Origin: Squalus acanthias
Taxonomy: Eukaryota
Direction of reading: 5' to 3'
NCBI GenBank assembly: GCA_030390025.1
Contig: CM059432.1
Location: 15,626,001-15,690,000 of the forward strand
Length of the DNA: 64,000 nt
Of the stretch, positions 12,276 to 24,320 are shown piece after piece (positions within the stretch are counted from its first letter, which is position 1; each line of letters begins with the position of its first letter). The notes under the pieces are model-generated. The model did no database searches, was not told where the DNA came from, and saw nothing but the letters and a program-made list of their open reading frames with translations. The position numbers were made by a program, and so were the translations under genes.

Positions 12276-12462
12276 CCAGTGCAAATACTTCTTCCCAATA
12301 TACGTTATCAAAGCCTGTCAATATTTTAAACATCTCTATCAGATTTTCTCTTAACTTTCTATGTTCTGATGAAAAGGACCCAGTTTCTCTTGTCTCTCAC
12401 ACCTGGTATCATCTTCGTGAATCTCTTCTGCACCCTCTCCATGACCTTGACATCCGTCCTAA

Positions 12463-13075
12463 AGTATTGTGGACAGTTCTGGTCTCCATATTATAAAATC
12501 ATAGAGGCAGGTGCAAAAAAGATTTACAAGTGTGATACCAGAACTGAGAGATTATACCTATCGGGAAAGATTGAACAGCCTTCTTTCGAAAAGGAAAGGC
12601 TGAGAGGGGACCTGATCGAGGTCTTTATGAAAGGGTTTGATAGGGTAGATGTAGAGAAGATTTTTCCATTTGTGGGGAAGACCAAAACTAGGGAACATAA
12701 ATATTAAATAATCACTAATAAATCCAATAGGGAATTTAGGAGAAACTTCCTTTACCCAGAGAGTGGTGAGAATGTGGAACTTGCTACCCCAAGGAGTGGT
12801 TGAGGCGAATAGCAGAGATACATTTAAGGGGAAGCTAGATAAATACATGAGGGAGAAAGGAATAGAAGGTTATGCTTAATAACAACAGAAAATGTTGGAA
12901 GCACTCAGCAGGCCAGGCAGCATCCGTGGAGGGAGAAGCAGAGTTAACGTTTCAGGTCTGGGACCCTTATTGGGTTAGATGCAGAGGGTGGCTGGAGCCT
13001 CCTGTGGAGCATAAACACCGGCATCGACCTGTTGGGCTGAATGGCCTGGTCTTGTGCTGTAAATTCTATGTAACA
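12463..13075 (+). mobile_element. Degenerate CR1 3' fragment carrying a Penelope family-2 3' fragment (12880-12970, minus)
   Basis: YCGQFWSPYY, RLRGDLIEVF motifs; insert acagaaaatgttggaagcactcagcaggccaggcagcatccgtggag...gttaacgtttcaggtc. Confidence 0.8.
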
Positions 13076-13094
13076 CCATCAGAAACATAAAATC

Positions 13095-13260
13095 TTGTCA
13101 TTTATCTCATTGCTGTTTGTGGGATCATGCTATGTGCATATTAGCTGCTGTATTTCCCTACATTACAACAGTGACTAGGCTTCCAAAGTATGTAATTGGC
13201 TGTGAAGCGCTTTGGGATGTCCTGAGATTGTGAAAGGCGCTATATAAATGTTTTTCTTCC
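13095..13260 (+). mobile_element. DeuSINE 3' half
   Basis: cattgctgtttgtggga...cattacaacagtgact...gtgaaaggcgctatataaatg. Confidence 0.8.
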
Positions 13261-13464
13261 TTTCCTTTTTCTCACCTTATTCTTGCTCCCAGAATATATC
13301 ACCCCACATTTTTCTGCACTACATTTTATTTGACATTCATCTGCCCAAACTACTAACTTTTTGATGTCCTCCTGAAGTTGTTCACAGTTAACCACGCTCC
13401 CTATTTTTGTGTCTCCTGCATATTTTGATCCAGCAGCCCCATACGCAAGTCTAGTTCATTGAGT

Positions 13465-13830
13465 TATATAGCACCTTTAATGTAATCAATGTTCATGGCA
13501 TTTCAAATCGAAGATAATGGACACCGAGTAGAAATGCTCGGAGAGTTGGCCGAAAGCTGGTTGGAAAGATAGATTTCGAGGAAGCTTTTAAAGGCAGAGA
13601 AATACAAAGCAAAGCACTGAAGTTTAGGAAGGCCGTTCTAAGAGAGCAGGGCAGAGGTAGCTGAAGGCTTTGTCACTGGTGAATGAGCAGGAGGGGGTGG
13701 GGGGCAGAACAGAGGACTAAAGGGTGAAGGCTGGGACGGAGGATCGGAAGGAGGTTTCAAAGGTAGGACAGGGTGAGGCCATGAAGGGATTGGAAAACCA
13801 GGACAAAGATTTTGAATTCAGTGCATTAAA
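13465..13830 (-). mobile_element. Old L2 3' fragment
   Basis: gaggccatgaagggattggaaaaccaggacaaagattttgaatt matches the younger L2 copies. Confidence 0.65.
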
Positions 13831-14179
13831 TAAACATTTAAACAAAAAAAGCACTCCAGCCGTTCGGGGGATGAGGGGAAGATTGCATTTTTTGTAACAT
13901 TTCAAAATTGTAAATGTCATTTCACATTTAATATGTTGCTGTAATCACCCATCCACTCGGGAATCAGCTTCAGTACAGCTTTAGCTAGGGTTCTTCTCCT
14001 TTTGTAAAATACAAATGCAGTTCATTTGAACATTAAAAAACAATACTCTTGTGGGGTGCAGAACATTCAAGCTTTGTTGGCAGCCGGTTTTGATAGTCCA
14101 ATATGATGCCACTACGATGTATATCTGTATTACTGCCTAGTTTGGGCGTAGATAATCAGTGCAGTTGGACATATACCAG

Positions 14180-14370
14180 CATTCCTTCATTGTCACGGTC
14201 AAAATCCTGGAATTCACTACCTAACACCATTATGGGAGCAACATCACTACAAGGACTGCAGTTGTTCAAGAAGGCGGCCCACCACCTTCTCAAGGCAACT
14301 GGGGATGGACAATAAATGCAGTGTTGTCAGTGTCAACCACATCCTGAGAACAAATAAATTAAACAAAAAA
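14180..14370 (+). mobile_element. 3' end of a third LINE family (CR1-group, distinct tail)
   Basis: tcaaaatcctggaattcactacctaac...ttcaagaaggcggcccaccaccttctcaagg, same family as 14990-15510 and 48555-48935. Confidence 0.75.
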
Positions 14371-14989
14371 CTTGGTGCTAAGGCTAATGTGCAGGCAGCA
14401 TAGTGACGCTCACAATGGCGTTGGCTGATTTTTCTTTTATCCCTATTGTTAACATTGTCCTCTTTCTCTCTTTACCCAACCTCCTAACATCATTTACCCT
14501 CTGTGAGCTGGGAAGGTCAACTTGTATGGGTCAGGTTAGTGACATCCATCATAAAGCAGCAAAACGTTCCCGGTCTGAGGAATTGTATTATTGCTAGATT
14601 AAATATGAAACCATGCCATAAAATTAGTATGCAACACTCCACCATTAAAATGCCTTTGTTATCTCTAGACTTGATTATTCCAACGCACTCCTGGCTGGCC
14701 TCCCATGTTCCACCCTACGTAAACTTGAGCTCATCCAAAACTCGGCTGCCCGTGTCCTAACTTGCACCAAGACCCGTTCACCCATCACCCCTGTGCTCGC
14801 TGACCTACACTGGCTCCCAGTTAAGCAACGCCTTGATTTCAAAATTCTCATCCTTGTTTTCAAATCCCTCCATGGCCTCGCCCCTCCCTATCTTTGTAAT
14901 CTCCTCCAGCCTCGCAACCCTCCGAGATATCTACGATCCTCTAATTCATCCCTCTAGAGGTTCCCTGATTCCATGATTATAAGTAAGGA

Positions 14990-15510
14990 GCATGATGGAA
15001 TACTCTCCACTTGCCTGGATGAGTGAAGCTCCAACAACACTCAAGAAGCTCGACACCATCCAGGACAAAGCAGCCCACTTGATTGGCACCCCATCCACCT
15101 CCTTAAACATTCACTCCCTCCACCACCAGCGTACCGTGTCTGCAGTGTGTAACCTCTACAAGATGCACTGCAGCAACTCGCCAAGGCTTCTTCGGCAGCA
15201 CCTCCCAAACCCGCGACCTCTTCCACCTAGAAGGACAAGGGCAGCAGGCGCATGGGAACAGTACCACCTCCAAGTTGCCCCTCCAAGTCACGCACCATCC
15301 TGACTTAGAAGTATATCGCTGTTCCTTCATCGTCGCTGGGTCAAAATCCTGGAATTCCCTACCTAACAGCACTGTGGGAGTACCTTCACCGCACGGACTG
15401 CAGTGGTTCAAGAAGGCGGCTCACCACCACCTTCTCAAGGGCAATTAGGGAGGGGCAATAAATACTGGCCTTGCCAGCGACGCCCAAATCCCATAAATTA
15501 ATTTTTAAAA
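14990..15510 (+). mobile_element. Third LINE family (CR1-group) RT C-terminus plus 3' UTR, inserted in L2
   Basis: MEYSPLAWMSEAPTTLKKLDTIQDKAAHLIG...HSLHHQRTV; tail gggcaattagggaggggcaataaatactggccttgccagcgacgccc. Confidence 0.85.
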
Positions 15511-15611
15511 ATCGCTCAACCATTGGTGGCTGTGCCTTCTGTTGCCTCGGCCCTTAGCTCTGGAATTCCCTGCCTAAACCTCTCCGCCTTTCTACCTCTC
15601 TTTCCTCTTTT

Positions 15612-15681
15612 AAAAATGAGAAGTCGCACAACACCAGGTTATAGTCCAACAGTTTTACTTAAAGTTACGAGCTTTCGGAGC
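15612..15681 (-). mobile_element. Short Penelope family-1 terminal fragment
   Basis: aaaaatgagaagtcgcacaacaccaggttatagtccaacagtttt...gagctttcggagc. Confidence 0.75.
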
Positions 15682-15920
15682 TCCTTTTAAGACACAGTTT
15701 AAAACATAACTCTTTGCCCAAGCAGGGTATGTAGCATAGTGGTTCTGTTACTGGACTAGTAATCCAGAGGCCTGGACTAATGATCTGGAGATGTGTGTTC
15801 AAATCTCATCATGGCAGCTGGGGATTTTAACTTCAGTTAATTAAATAAAATCTGGAATATAAAAAATACATTTGGATTGTTGTAAAAATCCATCTGGCTC
15901 ATTAATGCCCTTCAGGGAAG

Positions 15921-17297
15921 TTCTGGGTGTATATGTGTGCAAATCGTTGAAGGTAGCCGGGCAGCTTGAGAAAGCAGTTAAAAAAAGTTTATGAATAGAG
16001 GTGGAGAGAGGAAAAATTGGGTTGCTTTGCGTTTTCCCCCAAGTAGCGCTGCTAACGCCTCCCGTGAAATTCAGCAGGAGGTTAGTGGCGGCGGTAGCAC
16101 CCCACGGTGACTGCGCCTCCGGCCATGACATCATCACCGTGCACAGCGCCCGGCCGCACACTTCGCTCGCGCCCCTTGACCTACCGCCGGACATGATATT
16201 TCAGCTTCTACCTTAACCCCATGTGTATGTCCCAATCTTTAGTTCGCTTTCTGTAGAATAATGAAAAAGTGAATTATAATCTGTACTTTCTACTTCCTGC
16301 TTTGCTGTCTTTAAGAATTCTTCAATCTGATTGGTGGATCTGCCCCCTTTCGCCTCCTCCTGCGGGGTGCTGGCTGCGATCGGTCAGGCCGGCACTCTTG
16401 AATGCCGGGCTCTTTTGCCGGCATCCCGCTCCCCGGTGCTGTGCAGGGCCCCTCCCGTTTAATCAGGGGAGGGAGGCCTGTAGTACCACGGCGCTGCGAG
16501 CTGACACACGTGGTGCTGTTACATGTAGCACCGCGATATTGAATGGTAACGCCCCAAGAGGGAGGGGGAGCGCTTCCAGTAGCCTCCTGCTTGGGGGCGC
16601 AACCATTCAATTTCCGACGGGGGCGCTAACTTAAAAGTAGCGTCCCGGCGAAGTTAGCGCCCCAAGGGGGGGCGCAACCTAATTTTTTTCCCCTTGAAGT
16701 ATAAAAGCGTGGAAGTTAAGATGAACCTTTATAAAACATTGGTTTGGCCTCAACTGGAGTATTGTGTCCATTTCTGGGCACCGAATTTTAGGAAGGATGT
16801 GAAGGCCTTAGAGAGGATGCAGAAAAGATTAACGAGAATGATTCCAGGGATGAGGGACTTCAGTTACATAGATAGACTGGAGAAGCTGGGGTTGTTCTCT
16901 TTAGAGCAGAGAAGATTGAGAAGAGGTTTGATAGAGGTGTTCAAAATCATGAGGGGTCTGGACAGAGTAGATAGAGATAAACTGTTCCCATTGGCAGAAG
17001 GGTCGAGAACCAAAGGACACAGATTTAAGATGATTGGCAAAAGAACCAAAGGCGACATAAGAAAAAACTTTTTTACTCAGCGAGTGGTTAGGATCTGGAA
17101 TGCAGTTCCTGAAAGGTTGGTGGAGGCAGACTCAATCGCGGCTTTCAAAAGGAAGTTGGATAAGTACCTGAAAGAAAAACATTTGCAGGGCTCCAGGGAA
17201 AGTTCGGGAGAGTGGGACTAGCTGAGGTGCTCTTGCAGAGAGCTGGCACGGGCTCGATGGGCCGAATGGCCGCCTTCCGTGCTGTAACCATTCTATG
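15921..17297 (+). mobile_element. CR1 RT C-terminus plus 3' UTR, split by a MITE
   Basis: ORF 16694-17221 LYKTLVWPQLEYCVHFWAP...RKNFFTQRVVRIWN; tail gggccgaatggcc...ccattctatg. Confidence 0.92.
16007..16693. mobile_element. GC-rich MITE family B (Harbinger-like)
   Basis: TIR-like ends ggaaaaattgggttgc / gcaacctaatttttttccc; internal homology to 55370-55973; interrupts CR1 coding sequence. Confidence 0.8.
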
Positions 17298-17721
17298 CAG
17301 GAAATCTGCCATCCTTACCTGGTCTGGCCTATATGTGACTCCAGACCCCACAGCAATGTGGTTGACCCTTAACTGCCCTCTGAAATGGCAGCTCACCACC
17401 ACCTTCTCGAGGGCAATTAGGGATGGGCAATAAATGCTGGCCTTGCTGGCGATGCCCACATCCCATGAACAAATAAAAAAAAAAAGCTTTCCTTTTGTGG
17501 CTTGGTGTCAAATTTTTTGTCTTATCATACTCCTGTGAAACGCCTTGGGACGTTTTACTACATTAAAGGCGCTATATAAATACAAGATGATATTGTAAAA
17601 CCACATTTGAAAATTCGGGAGTAGGTAGCAGGCCTTCTTCCAGACTTCTGCCCGTGCTGCCAAGGACTAGTGAAATCTTGCCTACCTGCTCCAGCCTCTT
17701 CATAACCAAATACTGTAGCTG

Positions 17722-18167
17722 AAGAAAGAAACACTTGCATTTATATAGCGCCTAATGTCCCAAAGCGCTTTACAGCCAATGAAGTACTTTTTGAAGTGTA
17801 GTCACTGTTGTAATGCAGTAAATGCAGCCAATTTGCGCACAGCAACCTCCCACAAACAGCAATGACCATATAATCTGTTGTAGTGATGTTGATTGAGGGA
17901 TAAATATTGGCTATAACACCAGGGATAACTCCCCTGCTCTTCTTCGAAATAGTGCCATGGGATCTTTTACGTCTGCTTGAATGAGCAGTCGGGGCCTCGG
18001 TTTAACATCTTACCCAAAAGACGGCACCTCCAATAGTGCAGCGCTCCTTCAGTACTGCACTGGAGTGTCAGCTTAGATGTTTGTGTTCAAGTCCCTGGAG
18101 TGGGACTTGAACCCACAACCTTGTGACTCTGAGGCGAGGGTGCTATCCACTGAGCCACAGCTGACAC
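17722..18167 (-). mobile_element. Full-length DeuSINE (tRNA head, Deu domain, L2-like tail)
   Basis: A-box tggctcagtgg, B-box ggttcaagtcc, Deu core, tail ggcgctatataaatgcaagt. Confidence 0.92.
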
Positions 18168-18521
18168 ACAGTACTGTAGAAAAATCCTTACTTTTAGTCT
18201 GTTTAAATTTTGCATCATTTTTTGAAGTTCAAACTGGTTTGGAAAACCAGACACTAAAATCATTAAACTTGCTATTTCTGAACAAATGCATGAGGGCTGT
18301 TAATCAAACACAATCTCCTTGCCTGTAGGTCAGCTAGCTTGTTCATAAACTTGTCTTGTAGTCCCGCACAATAATTAGTTCTATCCCTGTTGGAGCGAGC
18401 ACTGTGTATTTTGTAACCCAATATTTATCAGTAGTATAAAAGTAGGTGAACGATTAAAACCGGTGAAGGCATCACAAGCCTTTTTTAAACAAGGGATGGG
18501 AGACTGCAATGGAAAATTAAT

Positions 18522-19660
18522 TGAGGGTGAAACTGTACCTCATTGCGCCCATTTTCCAGGTATAAAATGGGTGTAAAGTGGTCCAATTTAGGAGGACTTC
18601 CCGCGCCCAATTAGAGTCGGAAAGGCGTCCGCTACTATATTGGCTCGGGCGCTGTTGAGGCGCCCCTGGCAGCCGCCTAAAACGGACGTTAAGCCCCTTG
18701 GATGTGCCTGTTTTAGGACCCAATCCAGAAATTGGTTTGCCCTGATTGGAGCAGGCGTCTGTCGCCCTGTGGTCAGGATGACCTGGTCTATGTGCGGCCT
18801 AACCAGCAGTCCTTAAAGGAAGCCCCAAAAAGGTACGTTTAAAAAGAAAAATCTAAAATACCTGGCCTGAATGCATAGAATCATAGAAGATAGGAGCAGG
18901 AGTAGGCCATTCGGCCCCTCTAGCCTGCTCCGCCATTCAATGCAATCATGGCTGATCATCCAAATTCAGAACCCTGTCCCTGCTTTCTCCCCATATCCCT
19001 TGATCCCTTTAGCCTTAAGAAATATATCCAACGCCTTCTTGAATTTATTTAATGAATTGGCCTCTACTGCCTTCTGTGGTAGAGAATTCCACAGGTTCAC
19101 CACTCTCTGGGTGAAGAAATTCCTCCTCATTTCTGTCCTAAATGGCTTACCCCTTATCCTTAGACTGTGACCCCTGGTTCTGGACTCCCCGACCATCGGG
19201 AACATCCTTCCTGCATCTAGTCTGTCCAGTCCTGTCAGAATTTTATAAGTTTCAATGAGATCCCCTCTCATTCTTCTAAACTCCAGCGAGTATAAGCCCA
19301 ATCGACCCAATCTCTCCTCATACGTCATTCCTGCCATCCCAGGTATCAGCCTGGTGAATCTTCGCTGAACTCCTTCCATGGCAAGAACCTCCTTCCTCAG
19401 ATAAGGCGACCAAAACTGCACACAATACTCAAGATGTGGTCTCACCAAGGCCCTGTACAACTGCAGCTGAGCTGAGAGGATCAGGAATGCTCCTCCTGGC
19501 TTCACATTCAAACTGTTAAATCCCCATGTGAGTGGCGAGCTGCCTCTGGGGCCGTGACAGGCGCCTACAGCTCGCCGGTACGCTACTGATAAAGCCGGCG
19601 GGTCAAGTGGCCGCGGTCCTGTGGACGGCCTCGTTCGGCGCGTGCAGATCGCCCTTCCCC

Positions 19661-19695
<35 letters not shown>

Positions 19696-19777
19696 ATCCG
19701 ATCCCCGGCCACCGTGCCCAGCTGGATTCCTCTGGGTAAAACTGTAACCGTGATATCGGGCAGTACAAGTGACCTCA
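18522..19777. mobile_element. GC-rich non-autonomous element split by a CR1 at 18875-19466
   Basis: GC/CpG-rich blocks on either side of the CR1; weak TIR-like ends tgagggtgaaactgtac / gtacaagtgacctca. Confidence 0.5.
18875..19466 (-). mobile_element. Young CR1 3' end
   Basis: Intact frame LQLYRALVRPHLEYCVQFWSPYLRK...KGYGEKAGTGF; nearly identical to 51508-51955. Confidence 0.95.
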
Positions 19778-20751
19778 TGTCTGCTGCCATAAATTAAAGA
19801 AGATAAATGGTGACAGGAGCTGATGATTGATTTTTGTCAGCTGCTTGAAGTTGGTGGTGTGGACAGTGCAACCCGAATAAGGGCTCTCTGATGATCTGTC
19901 ACCACTGTCAGTCCTTAAGACCCCCTGTCTCCTCTTCTACTGCCTGGATGCCAATTGAGGTTTTAGGGATGTAAGTACTGTACTTACATTCTTTCTCTAA
20001 AAGCATTATAGGGGATATTTTTTCCAGTTTAATTTAGATGGTCGCAGCACGTGCCTGATTTCTGATTGTGAGGCACCCCCGGTAGCACCAATCGGAAAAT
20101 TCTCCCCAATTTGTCCTACTGATTTCCAGGAATTCTTTCAACTTTAGATCTTAATATAAATGTGTGTGTGTGTGTTTGTGCACATGTGTGCATTGCTTAA
20201 CCCATTGAATGCCAAAATAAAAAGAAAAGCTTGTGTAAATTTTTACATAGTTACAAATGAGAATAACAGAGGCATAAATAGCTTTTGGCTTGTGTGGTTC
20301 AGTGGTTAGATGTTGGGCTTTCAGCCAGGGATTACTTGTTTGGACCGCCCCCCCCCCCCTTGCTTAAATTTAACAACATTCCCATCTCCTGTAGCGTGTC
20401 CTCATGACTAATTTGCCTAATCCAAGATAACAGATTAATTGTGCCAGCTATCTTTCTCATAATACGGTGACCAAATCTGTGTACAGAGTTCCAGGTGGGA
20501 CTGGACCAGTGCCCTGTACAGACTCGGAGTCACTTCCTAAGATTTGTGCTCTAATCCTCTGGCCATACAGCCAAGATCCCATTTTATGCTCTTTATTGTT
20601 GCTGCACACTGATGGATTTAGGGGTCTATCCACTATACCTCTTCTGTATTGTGTCCTGTCGAATAATACCATTTAACTTGCATTGCGATGATTATTATGC
20701 TGTCCCAAGCTCATGACTTTACATTTTGTCCACATTAAGTGACATCTGTCA

Positions 20752-21780
20752 CTGGCTGTAACTAGTGGGGTGCCGCAAGGATCAGTGCTTGGGCCTTGGC
20801 TATTTACAATCTATATTAATGACCTAGATGAAGGGACCGAGTGTAATGTATCCAAGTTTGCTGACAATACAAAGCTAGCTGGGAAAGTAAGCTGTGAGGA
20901 GAACGCAAAGTGTCTGCAAAGGGATATAGATAGACTAAGTGAGTGGGCAGTAAGGTGGCAGATGGAGTATAATGTAGGGAAATGTGAGGTTATTCACTTT
21001 GGTAGGAAGAATAGAAAAACAGAATATTTTTTAAATGGTGAGAAACTTTCAAATGTTGGTGTTCAGGGAGATTTGGGTGTCCTCATGCAAGAAACACAGA
21101 AGCTAGCATGCAGGTACAGCAAGCAATAAGGAAGGCAAATGGCATGTTGGCCTTTATTGCAAGAGGGTTGGAGTATAAGAGTAAGGAAGTCTTGCTACAA
21201 TTGTACAGGGCCTTGGTGAGACCACACCCGGAGTACTGTGCATAGTTTTGGTCTCCTTATCTAAGGAAGGATATACTTGCCTTGGAGGCGGTGCAACGAA
21301 GGTTCACTAGATTGATTCATGGGATGAGAGAGCTGTCCTATGATGAGAGATTGTGTAGAATGGGCTTATACTCTCTGGAGTTTAGAAGAATGAGAGGTGA
21401 TCTCATTGAAACATACACGATTCTGAAGGGGATTGACAGGGTAGATGCTGAGAGGTTGTTTCCCCTGGCTGGAGTGTCTCGAACTAGGGGGCATAGTCTC
21501 AGGATAAGGGGTAGGTCATTTAAGACCAGAGATGAGGAGGAATTTCTTCACTCAGAGAGTTGTGAATCTTTGGAATTCTCTGCCCCAGAGGGCTGTGAAT
21601 GCTGAGTCTTTGAGTATATTCAAGGCTGAGATAGATAAATTTTTGGACTCTAGGGGAATCAAGGGATATGGAGATCAGGCAGGAAAGTGGTGTTGAGGTC
21701 AAAGATCAGCCATGATCTTATTGAATGGTGGAGCAGGCAAGAGGGGGCTCCTAATTCTTATGTTCTTATTATGTTCTTAT
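20752..21780 (+). mobile_element. CR1 RT domain plus 3' UTR (frameshifted), inside an older minus-strand CR1 remnant
   Basis: SGVPQGSVLGP, YINDLD, KFADNTKL, WQMEYN motifs; CR1 tail. Confidence 0.95.
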
Positions 21781-22418
21781 CCCGGTCCTTTTCTGTTTGA
21801 TGAGGCTTTTCCCCATTACCTGTAGTCCCTCCCAATTTGTTATCATCTGCAGAAAAGAGTTTTGGTTCTTTCTGATCCAGCTTCCAAGCTATTTATGTTC
21901 ATTGTAAATGCAACAGGCCCAGCACTGACCCAGTAGTTATCTCCTTCACTGCTGATCCAGCTCCACAGTCTGTGCTTCCTCTGCTTCAGCAGGTTTTCAA
22001 TCCATCTCGGAAGCATCGACTTAGGTATTGGGTGGAGACCCTGGGTCAGAGCTGAGAGACTGGAAGGTGGGTGAGCCCCACTCGAGACAGAAAGCTGTCC
22101 CTTACTCAGCCGAAGACTGGGATTAGACACACCAGAAAGTAGCAAATGAGAAAAGGCCAACCTGCCTATCAATCTCCTTCCTTCCGCCGACCATCTGTTC
22201 TATTATAGATTTAATCTCCTGAGGAAACATTATTCAGAGTTAAGCAGCTAATGAAGGTTCTTTTGTTGAGCTGGATCGCTCTCTGAGAATTGTTCTCCTG
22301 TCCAACATAGAGGACTTCATTATAACTACTTTATATCAAGCAGCCCAGCAATTTTTAATCGGTTTAACCACAACCGTGCAATCTCTTTTGCGGGACTAAT
22401 TTGAATTTTGGTGGTAAG

Positions 22419-23368
22419 ATAGAATCATAGAAAGTTACAGCACGGAAGGAGGCCATTTCGGCCCATCATGTCCGCGCCGGCCAACAAAGAGCTATCCAGC
22501 CTAATCCCACTTCCCAGCTCTTGGTCCGTAGCCCTGCAGGTTAGAGCATCCCAAGTGCACATCCAAGTACTTTTTAAATGTGGTTAGGGTTCCTGCCTCT
22601 ACCACCCTTTCAGGCAGTGAGTTCCAGACCCCCACAACCCTCTGGGTGAAGAAATTTCCCCTCAAATCCCCTCTAAACCTTCCACCAATTACTTTAAATC
22701 TGTGCCCACTGGTTTTTGACCCCTCTGTTAAGGGAAATAGGTCCTTTCTATCCACTTTATCTAGGCCCCTCATAATTTTATACACCTCAATAAGGTCTCC
22801 CCTCAGCCTCCTCTGTTCCAAGGAAAACAGACCCAGCCTATCCAGTCTTTCCTCATAGCTAAGATTCCCTACTCCCAGCAACATCCTTGTAAATCTCCTC
22901 TGTACCCTCTCTAGTGCAATCACATCATTCCTGTAATGTGGTGACCAGAACTGCACGCACTACTCTAGCTGAGGCCTAACTAGTGTTTTATACAGTTCAA
23001 GCATAACCCCCCTGCTCTTGTATTCTATACCACGGCTAATAAAGGCAAGCATTCCGTATGCCTTCTTAACCACCTTATCTACCTGGCCTGCTACCTTCAG
23101 GGATCTGTGGGCATGCACTCCAAGGTCCCTTTGTTCCTCTACACTACTCAGTGTCCTATCATTTAATGTGTATTCCCTTTCCTTGTTAGCCCTCCCCAAA
23201 TGCATTACCTCACACTTCTCCGGATTGAATTCCATTTGCCACTGTTCTGCCCACCTGACCAATTTATTGATATCTTCCTGCAGTCTACAGCTTCCTTCTT
23301 CAGTATCAACCACACAGCCGATTTTAGTATCATCTGCAAACTTCTTAATCATACCCCCTATATTCATA
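22419..23368 (-). mobile_element. CR1 RT C-terminal part plus 3' UTR (different subfamily)
   Basis: KFADDTKIG, WQMEFNPEKC, LYKTLVRPQLE, QFWSPHYR, NFFTQRVV; tail (tctatgat)n. Confidence 0.95.
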
Positions 23369-23734
23369 TGGGGTGGGGGGGAGCGGATGGAAGATTCTGC
23401 CAATCATGTAGCTGTTAATCTGCTGCCCAGAATTTCTGAGGTACTCTGGAAATCAAGTAAAGGTCTATTCATTTGGATATTTATGCTTTGGCTAGCTGTG
23501 AAAAAGTTTACCGTTTATACTGGCTGCAACTCACTGAAGCACTTGAACAAAAAATATGAGAAATTGTCTGGACAAAGTAGTCTAAATTCTGCAGACATGA
23601 AAGCTTTTCTTGGAATTCATGACTAACAGTTTGATACCGGACAATATAATAACTTTCATTCAAATTCAGCAGATGAATTGTCTGACTGAGACAATGGCCT
23701 ATTATCTGCTTGAGTCAGCTTTTCAGGCATCGGG

Positions 23735-24105
23735 AACAATGTGGATTTATATAGCGCCTTTAGCGTGAAACATCCCAAGGCGCTTCACAGGGGTGTAATC
23801 AGACTAATCAAGCTAAAGCAAGAGACATTAGGTCAAGCTTGGTCAAAGGGGTACATTTTAAGGAGCATCCAGCAGGGACAGGGTACTGAATTTGGATGAT
23901 CAGCCATGATCTCATTAAATGGCGGAGCAGGCTCGAGGGGCCGAATGGCCTACTCCTGCTCCTATCTTCTATGTTTCTATCTGAAAGGTCTAGAGAGAAG
24001 TGGAGAGGTTAAGGGAGGAAGTTCCAAAGCTTGGGGCCTAGCCAGCTGAAGGCACGGCCGCCAATGGTGGAGCGAAGGAATTTGGGGGATACACAAGAGG
24101 CAGGC
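23735..24105 (-). mobile_element. L2 3' end with a plus-strand CR1 tail inserted at 23872-23980
   Basis: atttatatagcgcc...tttaaggagcatc|cagcagggacagggtactg...ttctatgtttctat|ctgaaagg. Confidence 0.8.
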
Positions 24106-24320
24106 TTTATCCTACCTGGCCTATCACCTGTGCTTTAAATTTACATTTTATATATTTAGATATTTTTTGGTGCTCCTCAACGTGAGGGATGTCCATGCTG
24201 GCGAGTGGAACACTTGCCCACTCGTTGCACCCAGTGCCAGCGTCCATTAAACCTTTTTCCTCAACAATGTGCCTTAACTCTAGTCTCGGAAGAGCTGCTC
24301 TGCATCAGTCTGAACTATGC

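Larger units (their letters stand above)
15723..17485 (+). mobile_element. tRNA-headed SINE sharing the third-LINE tail, split by a CR1 insertion
   Basis: Head gtagcatagtgg...gttcaaatctc; body breaks at ttcagggaag (15920) and resumes gaaatctgccatccttacctggtctggcc (17301); same tail as 14990-15510. Confidence 0.8.
14640..17590 (+). mobile_element. L2 LINE 3' region broken into pieces by nested insertions
   Basis: Collinear L2 segments at about 14640-14980, 15508-15613, 15681-15722 and 17486-17590 rebuild the sequence seen intact at 61493-62050. Confidence 0.85.

Noticed and set aside
18966..19790. 274-aa ORF with a poly-Gly tract fused to an RT C-terminus, as a novel gene
   Set aside because: Chance read-through from a GC-rich MITE with a poly-C run into a CR1 fragment.
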